Shown: piece by piece, positions 40,921-60,514 of the stretch
How the letters are laid out: every line of letters begins with the position of its first letter
Numbering within the stretch: the stretch's first letter is position 1
Source: Octopus vulgaris
Lineage: Eukaryota
Direction of reading: 5' to 3'
Length of the DNA: 64,000 nt
Assembly: GCA_951406725.2 (NCBI GenBank)
Contig: OX597834.1
Coordinates: 45,756,001-45,820,000 of the forward strand
The notes under the pieces: generated by a model
Told to the model about the DNA's origin: nothing
Seen by the model: the letters and a program-made list of their open reading frames with translations, nothing else
The model's database searches: none
Made by a program: the position numbers and the translations under genes

Positions 40921-41415
40921 GCTTCAATATGTGTATTCATATATATGAATATATAAAAACCGGTCTCCTGCGCAGTTACCCTGTGTAGTATTATCACCTC
41001 TTTCTATTTACCCATTTGTCTATATCTGAATCCATCCTATGTGAAACACCAAATCAATCCTATATATATATTATAAAAACAAATTGCGAATAATTTCCAA
41101 AAATAAAAACACGAAACTACGAAACTACAAACAATGTTATCTTACTACTCGTTATATATATATAAGACAATATTTCTTTAGAAAACACAAATTAGTTCGC
41201 CATTTTCTTTTCTTGTTGGTTTAAGAATGAATAAAACTAAAACATTGACAGCTTCTGAAAATATTTGATTAAGGTATCCACTGAAATTACAAAACATTGC
41301 TTAATTTTTGCAGAACAAGAGAATTAATTTTGACGTATGTCAAGAAGTCTTCACATCAAATTAGCGAAGCATTTTCTTATTTTTAGAGGTTTAAGATAAA
41401 TGAGTAGTTAACTTT

Positions 41416-41416
41416 G

Positions 41417-41453
<37 letters not shown>

Positions 41454-41635
41454 TAATAATAATAATAATAATAATAATATTAATAACGATGATGATGACG
41501 AAAATAATAATAATAATAATAACAACAACAACAACAACAATAATAATAATAATAATAATAATGATAATAATAATAATAATAATAATAAAGTTCATGATGA
41601 CGACGGCGATGATGATGATCATGATGATAATATTG

Positions 41636-41696
<61 letters not shown>

Positions 41697-41893
41697 TGTT
41701 GATGATTATTATTATTATTATCATTATGGGGATAATAATGATGATGCTGCTACCACTGCTGCTGCTGCTGCTGCCACTGATACCGCTGCTGCTGCTGATG
41801 ATGATTATAAAATTAATAATTATGGTAATGATAATGACAATAATGATGATGGCTACAACAACAACAACAATAACAACAACAACAACAATAATG

Positions 41894-41938
<45 letters not shown>
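41416..41938. repeat. Compound trinucleotide array (AAT/GAT/AAC, then ATT/AGT/GCT, then AAT)
   Basis: Direct reading. Confidence 0.95.
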
Positions 41939-42857
<919 letters not shown>

Positions 42858-43479
42858 TATGCCCTGATGCAGTACCAAGCACTAGCTCTCATGGCTACTG
42901 ATCTTAATTGGTTCGAATGCTTAGTTTTATTATTGTATGCTTGACTTTGCTTTGTATTCGTACAAGTTGGCTCCAAGTTTCACCCAGATAAATGGAAAAT
43001 TTTAACTAAGAAAACACCCAAACCAACTACGAACAACATCGTCAAGAGCAGCGAAAGCAAGAGAAATAAATTAGAAGCTGAACTGGAAATAAAAAAAAAT
43101 TATCAAATTAAACAATCAATCCAACTCCACCGTTGCCAACAAGTATAACAACAGCGACAACAACGCATCTTTTGGCAAAATTAATCAGCAGGGATAAGTG
43201 GAAGACTTTTAACTGTGATTTTGGGGAAATTTCAGAAAATGCTTGGTGAAACTGAATCTCCAGGCGAAAAAGATCAGATCTTACAATCAAACGAAAACTG
43301 TGATGAGTCATTTTCTTATCAAGAAGACTAGATTTGAAAATCCGAACTTAGCATAGGCAAGAAAATGCTTGAAACATGTCTGGGTATCGATTTCGCATGT
43401 AGGGAGAGGTAGGGAGTCTGGGTCTCTGGTAACCGTATACCATAGCAAGGAAGGAGAAAAAATGATAGATATCTGGAGG

Positions 43480-43680
43480 GGCGATGAGCTGGCAGAAACG
43501 TTAGCACGCCGGGTGATATACCTAGCGGTATTTCGTCTGCCGTTACGTTCTGAGTTCAAATTCCGCTGAGGTCGACTTTGCCTTTCATCGTTTCGAGGTC
43601 GATAAATTAAGTACCAGTTACGCACTGGGATCGATGTAATCGACTTAATCTCTTTGTCTGTCCCTGTTTGCCTCCTCTGT
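43480..43680 (+). mobile_element. SINE family B
   Basis: High similarity to 37170-37400. Confidence 0.9.
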
Positions 43681-43688
43681 GGTTGTGT

Positions 43689-44063
43689 GGCGTAGGAGTG
43701 GCTGTGTGGTAAGTAGCTTGCTTACCAACCACATGGTTCCAGGTTCAGTCCCACTGCGTGGCACCCTGGGCAAGTATCTTCTACTGTAGCCTCAGACCGA
43801 TCAAAGTCTTGTAAGGGGATTTGGTAGACGGAAACTGAAAGAAGCCCGTCGTATATATATATATGCATGTGTGTGTATATATTTGTGTGTCTGTGCTTGA
43901 CAACCGTCCCCTTAACTTAGCGGTTCGGCAAAAGAGACCGATAGAATAAGTACTAGGCTTACAAAGAATAAGTCCTGGGGTCGATTTGCTTGACTAAAGG
44001 TGGTGCTCCAGCATGGCCACAGTTAAATGACTGAAACAATTAAAAGAGTAAAGAGTAAAAGAG
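43689..44063 (+). mobile_element. SINE family A, full length, directly after a family B copy
   Basis: A box TGGCTGTGTGG, B box GGTTCAGTCCC, (AAAGAGT)n tail. Confidence 0.9.
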
Positions 44064-45189
44064 TATATATGAGTGTATAAAATGTATACACGCTGAGAAG
44101 ACCATTATTCCATCTCCACGGGAGATGGAATATTTTGCCCGAGAATAACTCACAACCCTGTCAAAGGATCGAAACCACGGTCCCGCGATCGTGAGTGCAA
44201 ATACCTTACCACTAGTCCATTTTTCCCTCACACGCACACACGCAGACGCACACATACACACACAAACGTATGTGTGTTTGTGTTAGTGTATGTGTGTGTG
44301 CGGTGTGTTTGTGCGCGTGTGTAAGTGTATATGTATTCATATACGCATATGCATCTGTGTCAACGCGTCTGTGAAAAATGTATGGCAGTCACTCACCAAC
44401 CCCTCCTCTCCCCGTCCCCCTTTATCCTATTTGTTGATGTCTCAGATATTCGTCGACGATGTCATGAACATCAGTAATAATGTGAAATATACGATTACTG
44501 CTATTGTTATTTTTACTTCTATTATAATTGCTTTGAAAACGTTAGCATCATGCAGTCCGTGCCGGTTCAAAGAAATATTTAGATATGCCAGTGGATATAT
44601 ATTAATACACCTTTGTATTAGCACGGCTGTCTCGATGTATGTTAACGTTTTGAAAACAATATAAGAAAGAGAAAAGCAGAACTGGGTCAACGAGAAATCT
44701 CTATGAACAAGGTTATCTGAGGCTGTCTAAAATATATCTTTATTTCCTGACCGGAAATTGAACAGGCCGGAAATATACCGAGGAAGCATCAAAGTTGAAA
44801 ATATCGCCGAGTTTGGTGTTCTCGGTGCGCATGGCGAGATCGAATATAACCTAATATCCATCTGCGACAGCAGCAACGGCAGCAACATCAACGACCAAAA
44901 TACCTGTCATATATAAATGGAGAATGAAGAGACAATTATAGAAAATCTATGATAGTTCTCAAGGGCAGTGTGCTTGTGTTTTTAGAGTGTGAATATATGT
45001 GTGTGTGTATGTGTGCGTTTCTGTATGTGTGTGTGTGTGTGCGTGTGTCTGCGTGTGTGTGTCTGCGCTCAAGTACTTTTAGCTTGAGTTCAGAGGACAG
45101 TTCTAAATACGTAGACACTCACAGACTTACACACACATGCACACACACACACACACATATATAAATATACACATGCGAATACGTGTCTA

Positions 45190-45242
<53 letters not shown>

Positions 45243-45699
45243 ATATATATATATACACATACATATATTGGCTAAGATCAAAGTGTATTTTATATATAAA
45301 TATATATATATGTGTGTATGGATGTATGTATCGATTATTTTAACCGATTTCTTGTCTGTTACTCCATTTATAAATGTGTACAGAATGAATACATCAAAAA
45401 ACGTACGTACCTTTGCTTTTTACAGACATTCGTCACTCAAGTTAGACTTTCGTGGGCACAATTAACCAAAAGTTGGCCCTCACGAACCCAAACAACTCGA
45501 ATGAAATATATCTAAAACTTTATTAACCTAAATTTACACCATTTGGTGCCCTTGGTGGCTTTTTCAGTGTTTGTGCGTGTGTGTGTTTTGTGCGAATGTA
45601 TATATTCGACTGAAACATGTAAAAAATAAAAGATTATATCACGTGACCGACCTGATTATCAGATATCAAATATCGGTGGGGGGGCCAATGCACTGTGCA

Positions 45700-45900
45700 C
45701 CGTTTTAGCTTACAAATAACGACACACTGCTGGCTTGGCGAGGGGGCCAAATTTCCCCCATTTGACGGAAAGAGGGGATGGAGCAACGGGAAATTAAATG
45801 CTTTGCTAAAGTAAACAAAACACCGCCCAGTTTAGGATTCGAGCCCATTATATAACGATCATGAATGGGTGCATGATCCTGACCGCTAAGACACGCACCT
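45700..45900 (-). mobile_element. Degenerate SINE family C copy
   Basis: GGAGCAACGGGAAATTAAATGCTTTGCTAAAG..GGATTCGAGCCC..ACGATCATGA..ACCGCTAAGACACGCACCT matches the reverse complement of family C. A weaker copy lies at 44100-44225. Confidence 0.6.
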
Positions 45901-45909
45901 TCACAGAAG

Positions 45910-45947
<38 letters not shown>

Positions 45948-46174
45948 CACACACACACACACTCACTCACACTCTCACACGTACACACACACACACACAC
46001 ACGCATATATGCACATATACTATCGATCTCTTTTGTCGAAACACGTTGTCAAGCGGTGATGAATGGACAAACACAAACACATACATGTGTGTGTATGTGC
46101 GTGTGTATATGTCTTTCTCTCTCTCTCTCTCTCACTCTTTGTTCTCGAGTGGTTCTACGCGGATCTTTCTCAAT

Positions 46175-46385
46175 GACAGTCATCGACGATAGGTGGGAGT
46201 CCATATTCTCACGATCTTCAAGTCTCTAGTCTCCACTGCGAAAACGTCTAAAACCTTTTTGAGCTGACCAATCACTGATCATTTCCTCAACAAACGTTTC
46301 TTTGGTCTCGCGAGCAGTTTCAGCTACTTCACGTCCTTCTTTGAAGTTGAATAAAAAAAATTGCTCGAATATCGCGCTTTGACAG
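46175..46385 (-). pseudogene. Mariner transposase N-terminal HTH remnant
   Basis: FLFNFKEGREVAETARETKETFVEEMISDWSAQKGFRRFRSGD*RLEDRE resembles the mariner pattern (AAEAARNI...TAQ.WF.RFRSG...LED). Confidence 0.7.
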
Positions 46386-46772
46386 TTCCATTTCAGATGA
46401 TTGTAACAACAGTGAATAAAAGAAATCAATGTTAATTTATTGATGCATTTGGGCAATTCTATGTCTGTATTATCCGACAATTTCAAAAATATGATTTGAA
46501 ATATTCAAAACTCTGCAAAAATAAACTGGTACAAATTCTTCATGTTTCAAAATATTGCTTACTTTTTACTCATTCTGATGATATATAGATATACACGGTC
46601 GCTCACACACACATATGCACTCACATACACACACACATGTACATATATATGTATGCAATCAGATATACAGATAGATATATATGTACGCGTGTGTGAGTGC
46701 GTGTGTGCGTGTTTATACACCCACATTTATGATGTTTTCCATATATTTCATAAGTAATATCAATATGCCGTG

Positions 46773-46827
<55 letters not shown>

Positions 46828-47698
46828 GATTATTTACACGCTATTAGTCAACTTCCGTTCCCGTAAGATTTCCGACATATTTGATAATATCTCTGCTCTT
46901 ATCCTACTCTATAACATTTTACACTGTACTCGAAAATTATTAATCGAAATCGAAATTATAGAAAATATATCAAATATTACCTATATAATTACCTATTTAC
47001 AATAATTCCCAATTTGCATTTTTTCCGGGAAAGGATTTAAATCAAAGATAGCTGAAAGAAATTTCAGTAATTAGTCGTTATAGATACATACACAATACAG
47101 AGCAGACATCGCAGCACCAAGACACCGGAAGAGTCGCCGTTACGTTTTGCTCTTATTTTATAATTATATTAATGTACTATTGTTAGAAATCAATATTATA
47201 TAAATACCTTAAATTAATATGTTGTACATCACGACCTGAATATAAATTTACTCATCTGATTTGTTTATCCTTCAGGTCGGCTATTTATTAAAGCAACCAC
47301 GTCTAGTGATAATTATATTATATTGTATATAATGATGTGTAGTAGTTTTTAGTGCTCAACGTCTGTCTGTCGATGTACTACTTATTCTGCCGAGTCATTG
47401 TTTCTCTCCTTCATTTTAAGTGTTAAAAGATACGCTACCGATTTTGTGATGGAGATGTTTACTCCGCTAACTACGGAGTAAACTTTTAAGCATTTGTCTT
47501 GTAGCACGAATGTATACACCCACTCATACACACACAGACACATATTCATTCACATACACATATGTATGCATATATATGTGTTCTAATACATGTATGCAAT
47601 CATTTATCTGCATGAATGTGTATATACATAAATATACAACGATACATATACAGGTATATGTAGATACACATATATATATATATATATATAAGAATATA

Positions 47699-47990
47699 TA
47701 CGAGGGGGTTCCCGAAAGAAAACAGAATTTTGCAATATCATTTTATTCATTTAATTTTATGTTTACATTTTTATCACCTTCAAAGTATTCTCCATTTGAA
47801 TCAGTGCGTGGTCCAAGGGGTTTTCCACTGTCCGAAGCAGTCCTAGAACTCTTGTGAAGTGACACCCTTTAAAGACTCCGTTGTTTTTCCTTGACCGCTT
47901 CCCCATCTGCAAAACGTTTTACTTTTAAGGACTATTTAGATTCCGAGAAATTAAAAAAGGTCGCAGGGAGCAAGACCGGGCAAATAGTTC
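47699..47990 (-). mobile_element. Mariner 3' end with TIR
   Basis: TA|CGAGGGGGTTCCCGAAAG terminus; minus-strand EF*DCFGQWK...DSNGEYFEGDK transposase C-terminus. Confidence 0.7.
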
Positions 47991-48167
47991 GCGAGTTCTT
48001 GTCAATTTTGCCTGTTACTGCATCAGGGCAATATTATTACTATCATCATCATCATCATCATCGTCGTTACTGAGTGACAGAGCAACATGTGCAATCGAAG
48101 TGAAGCCGCGCTGTAAATATACAAAACCCATTATACCCACCGTGGCTACCCGTTGCTATTACAATTA

Positions 48168-48365
48168 AGGCGGCTCGGTGGAGAATCGTTAGCGTTCCAG
48201 ACAAACTGAAAAACGGTATTTCGTCCGTCGTTACGTTCTGCGTTCTAATTCCGCCGAGATCGATGTTGCCTTTCATTCTCTCAGGGTCGATAAAGTAAGT
48301 ACCAGTTGGACACGTATCCCACTTCTCACAAAAGTTTGCTGACGTTGTGCCAAAATTTGAAACTA
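48168..48365 (+). mobile_element. Diverged SINE family B
   Basis: GGTATTTCGTCCGTCGTTACGTTCTG..TTCCGCCGAGATCG..GCCTTTCAT..GGGTCGATAAAGTAAGTACCAG. Confidence 0.75.
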
Positions 48366-49288
48366 ACGTCATCATCATCTTCCACATCCTCCTCCTCCTC
48401 CTCAACATCATCATTATCATCAACATTATCATCATCATTTTAATCTTCATTATTCAGTTGGTCAAGAGTAGCAAAAACCAACGATTGATATTATGAATAA
48501 TATATGAGGGAGTTTCGACTATTAGCTCGGGTGTGGTGGGCATTGATGCTTATCAAATCACAGCTGAGAGCCTTCAACGGAGAGGGGAAAAGAGCGGAAT
48601 CTGGTACCAATAATTACACATCAACTAATTGTAATGGATTTGCTCTCACTTGGCTGGAGAGATATTTGGAATGGAACCGACGAGAGAAATGTTTATTGAC
48701 GCATCATCATTCTTGTATGTACTTAATGGATGTTCTTGACAATTGAATGCTAATGAAAATTGATTCTGGTATCGTCCATTATTTAAGAGAGTGTTCTGCT
48801 ATAGTGCGAGGAAAATTTTTAATATGATGTGCTCACGCCATTAATATTCTCAACCCGTTTGTTTCTTTTCGGTTTTGTTTGTATTCTTTTCATTTTGGTA
48901 AACCGGAAGTCATGAGATTATCTCAAGCGGCTAGAGCGATGATCGGACAAACCAACGGGTTGCAATTAATAGACGATGTAGTTGTGCAATTAGTACAGTT
49001 GGCAGAGCGCAAGGTTTTCATTATATTATTTAATTATTTTTTTATGGCCTACAGTGGCACCGAAATGCAAGACCTGTGACCTTTCTGAGAATTACACAGA
49101 CAAGTTGAACGACCGAAGCGCGTGACCTTACCATAAACTGAACACCAGTAAATGAAACTTGTCCAAAGATCAATTACGTAACAGATAAAATCCACCACAC
49201 ATGATTATAAACTGATGTGAAGATTGGATTGATTCTCGAGTTCCCCGTGTCATCTATGATATTTATATATTACTATTATATGTTGCAG

Positions 49289-49625
49289 TGAAGACGCATG
49301 GCTCAGTGGTTATAGCGTAGATCTTACGACCGTGAGGTTGTGAGTTCGAATACCGGACCGGGCTGCGTGTTGCGTTCTTGAGCAAGACACTTTATTTCAC
49401 GTTGCTCCAGTTCACTCAGCTGTAGAAATGAGTTGCGACGTCACAGGTGCCAAGCTGTATCGGCCCCTTTGCTTTTCCCTTGGATAACAATAGTGGTGTG
49501 GAGAGGGGAGGTCGGCATGCTTGGGCGGCTGCTGGCCTTCCATAAACAACCTTGCCCGGACTTGTGCCAGGGAGGGTGACTTTCTAGATGCAATCCTATA
49601 GTCATTCGGAACCGAAGGGAGTCTC
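49289..49625 (+). mobile_element. tRNA-derived SINE family C (CORE-like domain)
   Basis: A box TGGCTCAGTGG, B box GTTCGAATACC, CORE-like GTTCTTGAGCAAGACACTT..CTCAGCTGTAGAAATGAG. Confidence 0.85.
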
Positions 49626-49644
49626 CGGATTATTCGTTACAACG

Positions 49645-50420
49645 CAGTGAGATGGCGGAATCCTTAACAAGCTGGGAAAATTACTTAGCGGCATTTCGTC
49701 CACCCTTACGCTCAAAGTTCAAATTCTACCGAGATCGACCTTGGTCAATAAATTAAGTACCAGCCATGTACTGCGGCCGAAGTACTTGACTCCCCCATCC
49801 CTTCATATTCCAAGCCTTCTGAGTATAGCTGAAAGAACTGTTATACGTTACAAATCGGTGAGTTAACAGAACTTAGTGGTATTTCGTCCGCCCTTACTTT
49901 TAAGTTCAAACTCCGTCACCGTCGATCCTTTCAATGAAATAAGTACCAGTTACGCACTGGGGTCGATGAAATTGACTAGCCCCCCCTCCACCAAAGTTTT
50001 AGGCATTTTGTTATAGTAAGTCTGTGAGCTGGCAGAATCGTTAACACACAGGCTTCACAGTCTGAGTTCAAATTCCACAGAGGTCGATTTTGCCTATCAT
50101 TATTTCGGGCCTCGATAAAATAAGCACCAGTTGAGCACTGGGGATCTATTTAATGAAATAGACCCCAGGGGTCTTGTTTCAAAATTTGTAGCTATTATTG
50201 TACGTTTCAAAGCTGGCAGACGCTTTACCATGCCACCATTATTATGCGTTTTAAAGAAGGGAGAAGAGTTAGCGCGCCGGAGAAATTGCATAGTAGTACT
50301 TCTTCCGGTTTTACGTTCTGAATTCAAATGTTGCTGAAGTCGACTTTGCCTTTCAGCTTTTCAGGCTCGAAATATACGTACTGGTTAAGCACCGAGGTCG
50401 ATATAACCGACTATCCCGCT
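49645..50420 (+). mobile_element. Four tandem degenerate SINE family B fragments
   Basis: GTTCAAA..GTCGA..AAGTACCAG-like units at about 49645, 49855, 50022 and 50260. Confidence 0.75.
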
Positions 50421-50569
50421 AGACTATCCGTAGCTCAGAGTATCTGATATAAGCTAATGGAAGGAAAACACTCAGTTCTTACATGAAATAATCCAGAAGG
50501 AATCTTGAGAGGCCACAAGACCAGAATTTTGCCTATGGGAGAAATTATGCTATGTTTCAATTTAGGAGT

Positions 50570-50832
50570 GGAGGCGCGTGGCTTAGTGGTTCAGGTGTCA
50601 GCATCATAATCGTAAGATTGTGGTTTCGATTCCTGGTCCGGGCGACGCGTTGTGTTCTTGAGCAAAACACGTCATTTCACGTTGCTCCAGTCCACTCAGC
50701 TGGCAAAAATGAGTAAAGCTGCGATGAACTGACGTCCCGTCCAGCTGGAAAACACACACGCCACAGAAACCGGGAAACAGAGCCCATGAGCCTGGCTAGG
50801 CTTTAAAAGGGCGCATTTATTTATTTTATTTT
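50570..50832 (+). mobile_element. SINE family C, second subfamily (different 3' half)
   Basis: GGAGGCGCGTGGCTTAGTGG...GTTTCGATTCC...TGTGTTCTTGAGCAAAACAC..CTCCAGTCCACTCAGCTG; T-rich tail. Confidence 0.85.
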
Positions 50833-51329
50833 AGTTTAATAGTAATTTTAGTGACGGCGCTCCTTCCATTTGTCACATTCAGTTACATTCTACTGCCGGG
50901 TTAAGGGTGAGATGTGCGAAGCTGTGTTACTGCCTGCTCTCCTCTACACGGGCATCTAGAACAATCTGTATGTATATGATTGATATGACACACTTTACCA
51001 AGCCGTGTGCGTTTGCGAATGACAGATGGATGTACAGTATGGCATTAAACTTTGCATATTGACGCATCAGACTTCAACGAAAACGAAGAGCATGTTACTC
51101 GATGAAACACACCATACTCATGTACTTAACCGGCTTAAAATTACAACGAGTAATGTCCCAACATTTTTTTAAAGAAAAAAGGCTTACTGCAAATAAGCTC
51201 GAAATGAATGACTAGGACACCAACAATTACTATACAACGCCAGGGGACTGTAGAACACCGTTGTTTAAGCTTAATTTCACCTCTTCAGTGAGCGATATAT
51301 ACTTCACACACGCACACACACACACAAAC

Positions 51330-51398
<69 letters not shown>

Positions 51399-52649
51399 TA
51401 CGCGTTGCACAGTTAAACTACGCAATTTCGAAAATGTTACCGTGACATTATTTACATTTACCGGAGCTATGAGAATTTTAACATATACAAATTTACGTCA
51501 GAATATATGCGTTTCGTTGATTATCCAAGTGTTATGGTCACTGCAAGCGAATTTTGGAAAGTGCATCGTTTGAGGAAACTTACCAAAACAAAGTGTATTG
51601 AATCATTAATTAACACCATTCTTATTGCCGTGTCGTTTAAAAAGAAGGTCTCTTGCAAATTGATTTTACAAAAACTTTGAATTTAATTAAGCATCTAGCC
51701 GATTTGTAATTAGAATTGGTCTGGCACGATTTAATGATCCGAGACTAAGCGTTTGCTAATGAAAATTTCCCCTGCTGTTAATATTCAAAACGATGGTAGT
51801 AACACAATTGTCACTATACAATATTTTTCGGATACACAGAAATTGCGATTTGCAACCTGACTGAGTTGTAATCGGGTGGAATATATTGCTTTGCTATAAT
51901 CGTTCCGGATTCCAAGACCCTATTTCAAATCTTGCCAACATTGGATCTGACAGTTATACTTTCGAGGTTGGTACATGAGGAGCGAGTTCTATACTGGAAT
52001 TGATCCTTCTTTTTATATGTCTCTTAGTCTGACTCTGTGTTCCCCGATTTCTGGAGAAAATCAATTATAATCAAAGAAAGAGGAGGACGCGTGCCGCCAA
52101 GCCGAAAGTGAGGAGACGTTGTGGTTTGCAATGACAAACTTTAGGCGTTACCAAAGGCTAAAGTTCACATGGTAGAGTGTGGTGTTGTGTATTCCCACCA
52201 CCGCAGTTCAAACCGAAGATAGCTCCATTACTACTAATAATATACCGGCTGGGAAAGACAATATATTCAGAGGCAGTAGTTTTAAATAAATTGCAAACAG
52301 CCAATTCAAAGAAATTAACTGCAATATCACAATCAAGAGGAAGGTGGAAAATGTTCTCTGCATTTCAGGAGATAAAAATAAAATGTAGAAGACTTGAAAC
52401 ACATCTCTGTGAGAATCACTTCTCTAATGCAAAGCTATTTACTGCATAATTGAACTTTAAAAATCAACCAAGCAAATAATAGTTTTCCCTTAAAATAGGA
52501 ATGCTTTAAGAATTTGTTCTGTTGATATTTCATAAATTGTTACGAATAAGACTAAAAGATGACGGGGAAAATATCCAATACCAAATGAAGCGCACTCGTA
52601 TTCTTGGATGAATACTTGTATATACATAGGTTCGCTAAAAGAAGCAAGA

Positions 52650-52815
52650 AAAAACAACAACGCGAGGACGTGGAATAGGTACAGTGTTTTTGGAGGCTCA
52701 GGAAAGAAAAGAAAGAGGATTTCACGTTTCGAGCGGAGCTCTTCATCAGAAATATAGAAAAAGTCCAAAGAAGGGAAGACGGAGAAAGAAAATCGCCAAC
52801 GATACTAACACGGTA
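52650..52815 (-). mobile_element. Penelope-like terminal repeat fragment, same family as 13860-14030
   Basis: Alignment by eye to 13860-14030. Confidence 0.6.
52719..52753 (-). ncRNA. Minimal type I hammerhead motif (canonical CUGAUGA core, non-canonical GUG triplet)
   Basis: Minus strand: ATTT-CTGATGA-A-GAGC TCC GCTC-GAAA-CG-T-G-AAAT. Confidence 0.7.
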
Positions 52816-52911
52816 GAAAAACAAAATATATATGTATGTATTTATATAAATACATATGAATACATATTTATATGCTTTATATACATATACATTTATGTAT
52901 ATACATACATA

Positions 52912-52974
<63 letters not shown>

Positions 52975-53200
52975 ATATGTTTCTGTGTCTGTGTTTGTCC
53001 CCCCAACATCGGTTCACAACTGATGCTGGTGTGTTTACGTCTACGTAACTTAGCGACTCGGCAAAAGTAAACCGATAAAATAAGTACCAGGCCTACAAAT
53101 AATAAGTCCTGGGGTCGATTTGCTCGACTATAGGCGGTGCTCCAGCATGGCCACAGTCACATGACTGAAACAATTAAAAGAGAAAAACAGTAAAGAGTAG
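52975..53200 (+). mobile_element. SINE family A 3' half
   Basis: TGTTTGTCCCCCCAACATCG...GGGGTCGATTTGCTCGACTA..GGTGCTCCAGCATGGCC..GACTGAAAC. Confidence 0.85.
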
Positions 53201-53419
53201 GCGTGTTGAAAAAAAACATGAAGCATGACGAATCAGCAAATGTGGTAAGGATAAAAATACCAAGTCCTTCAAGACATACACAAGAATTTCTATAATCGAA
53301 GAATCAGAAAGTTTCCTTAGAGAAGAATATCTTTCACATTGCATGGTATTGCATCATCATTCTTACTCTCTTGATGCGATTCCAAGCCTCTTAACGTTCA
53401 CGGAAGGAAGCATTTCCGG

Positions 53420-58740
<5,321 letters not shown>

Positions 58741-59194
58741 TTTTTCCAGCATAATGTATGGCAGATCAGTAGGGGTTTGCGTACATGCAAATCTTGATAT
58801 GTATTGTGTAGGAATTTTGTTAATTATATTACGTTAGCTTTCTGTTTTGCACTATTGAATTTGTCTTGTAATGGTTTATTTCACGTAAGAATTCTAAGTT
58901 TTCTCCCCACTCATCACATATAATGCACGTTTCTAATAAAGATCAACGGCGAAATTCAACCATGAGAATGGAACATCGAATTGCAGTACATTAAGTAAGA
59001 ACGGAATTGTTATGATAACTTGTAAAACGAGTCGGAACTAGTGTTTCCTGAAAAAATATTCATAGACATTGAGTACTTAACTGATATATTTGCCGAGGTT
59101 AGAAAATGGTGTTAAATTATGTGATGAGTGTTACCTTATATGGCATTAAATCTTTTATCGTCACAGTCTCGACTTTTCTGCACTGAGACCTATC

Positions 59195-60130
59195 AAACCC
59201 CAGGATACGCAATGTTGGTTGTTTTCCAGTCTGGGCATAAAACACTTAGATTATGACTTACATTCAACTGGACATCAGCCACGAAGCAGCAAACAAACAA
59301 CTGTCAATGTTTATGGTGGAATATATTGATTTCGAGGTCGAAGCTTAGATGGTCTAAAAACTGAAGACTCTCTATTAAATCGTAAGAGCACATCTGTAGA
59401 ATTCTAAAATGGCAAGTGTAGAATTCTAACAGGGATTACCGTGTTAGAGTAATAATCCCTGTGATAGGTAGCATGACATTTTTAATCATTAATCTTGTAT
59501 TATTAAAGAAATACAGATGTTGTAAAGTATGCGATTATTATTGGGAATCATTAGTTTTTAGATGGATTCTGTTTGCGGAGTGTATACCTGGGGGTTCGAA
59601 TGGATTACACAATCCTGCGGGTTAATAAGCTATTTCTTCCTGATCCAAAATATTCTGTATTGATTTTAAGTTATGATTATTTCCTAGAAACACCTGCAAC
59701 AACTGCCGATCGATGCTGTTGATACACTTATTTTTCTCTCACTGCCACTTGAGGAATACTTACTGCATCCATTCATCTGTTTGTTTAACCTCTGGGCGTA
59801 AAGGAGCTGGATCCTTGGCGTCATGAAGGCTGGAAGGAAAATTTTCCCTTGCATTTAATAGCAACGGTTTTGTAAGGAGGAAACCTGACAACCGATCTCC
59901 AAAAGAAGATTTACTCTCGATTTTGTAGACATTTTGAAGAACTGAAACATGGTCCAAAGTAATGACAATTTGAACAAGGCACAGATTTCATCGGCTCTTG
60001 ATCCATTTGGAATTACTACAACTTCAGGTACTGCAAATTCTCCTGTTGGCGATGTATTATTAGCACACAAATTCTGTTATGCCCTAACTAGAGCCTTCAG
60101 ATGCTGCTTGTGACCCAGTGTACATTTTCC
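59195..60130 (-). pseudogene. Helitron Rep/Hel Pif1-family helicase C-terminal remnant
   Basis: Minus-strand fragments in the expected order: VVIPNGSRADEICALFKLSLLW (cf. PVIPRGTRADE..ACLKSS.LW), NPFEPPGI..RIHLK, NTRLMIK (cf. NGTRL), DLEINIF.H..QLFV, and VLCPDWKTTNIAYPGV (cf. T.NIVY.EV). Confidence 0.75.
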
Positions 60131-60249
60131 CAGAATCTATAAATGTGGTTAAAAAAAGGGGCATAAAACACCAAGGGAAGCGCAGGATTGAATGAATTTG
60201 CTCAGTTCCCGAATGTGTGCCCGAATTTAGAGAAAATGCCCAAAACTTT

Positions 60250-60512
60250 GGAGGAGCGGGGCCAGTCGATTAGATCGACTTTAGTGTGCAACTGGTACTT
60301 AATTTATCGACCCCGAAAGGATGAAAGCCAAATTCGAAATCGGTGGAATCTGAACTCAGAACGTAAAGACAGACGAAATACTACTAAGCATTTCGCCCAG
60401 TGACTAACGTTTCTTGTTTATTGCCCACAACGGGCTAAACATAGAGGGGCCAAACAAGGAGAAACAAAGGGATTAAGCCGATTACATCGAACCCAGTGCG
60501 TAACTGATACTT
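60250..60512 (-). mobile_element. SINE family B minus-strand fragments (two pieces)
   Basis: ACTGGTACTTAATTTATCGACCCCGAAAGGATGAAAG..TGAACTCAGAACGTAA..GAAATAC..AAGCATTTCGCCC, followed by a 3'-tail piece. Confidence 0.8.
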
Positions 60513-60514
60513 AG

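Noticed and set aside
50960-51300. Possible DNA transposase remnant
   Set aside because: Only a few residues of resemblance; not supportable.
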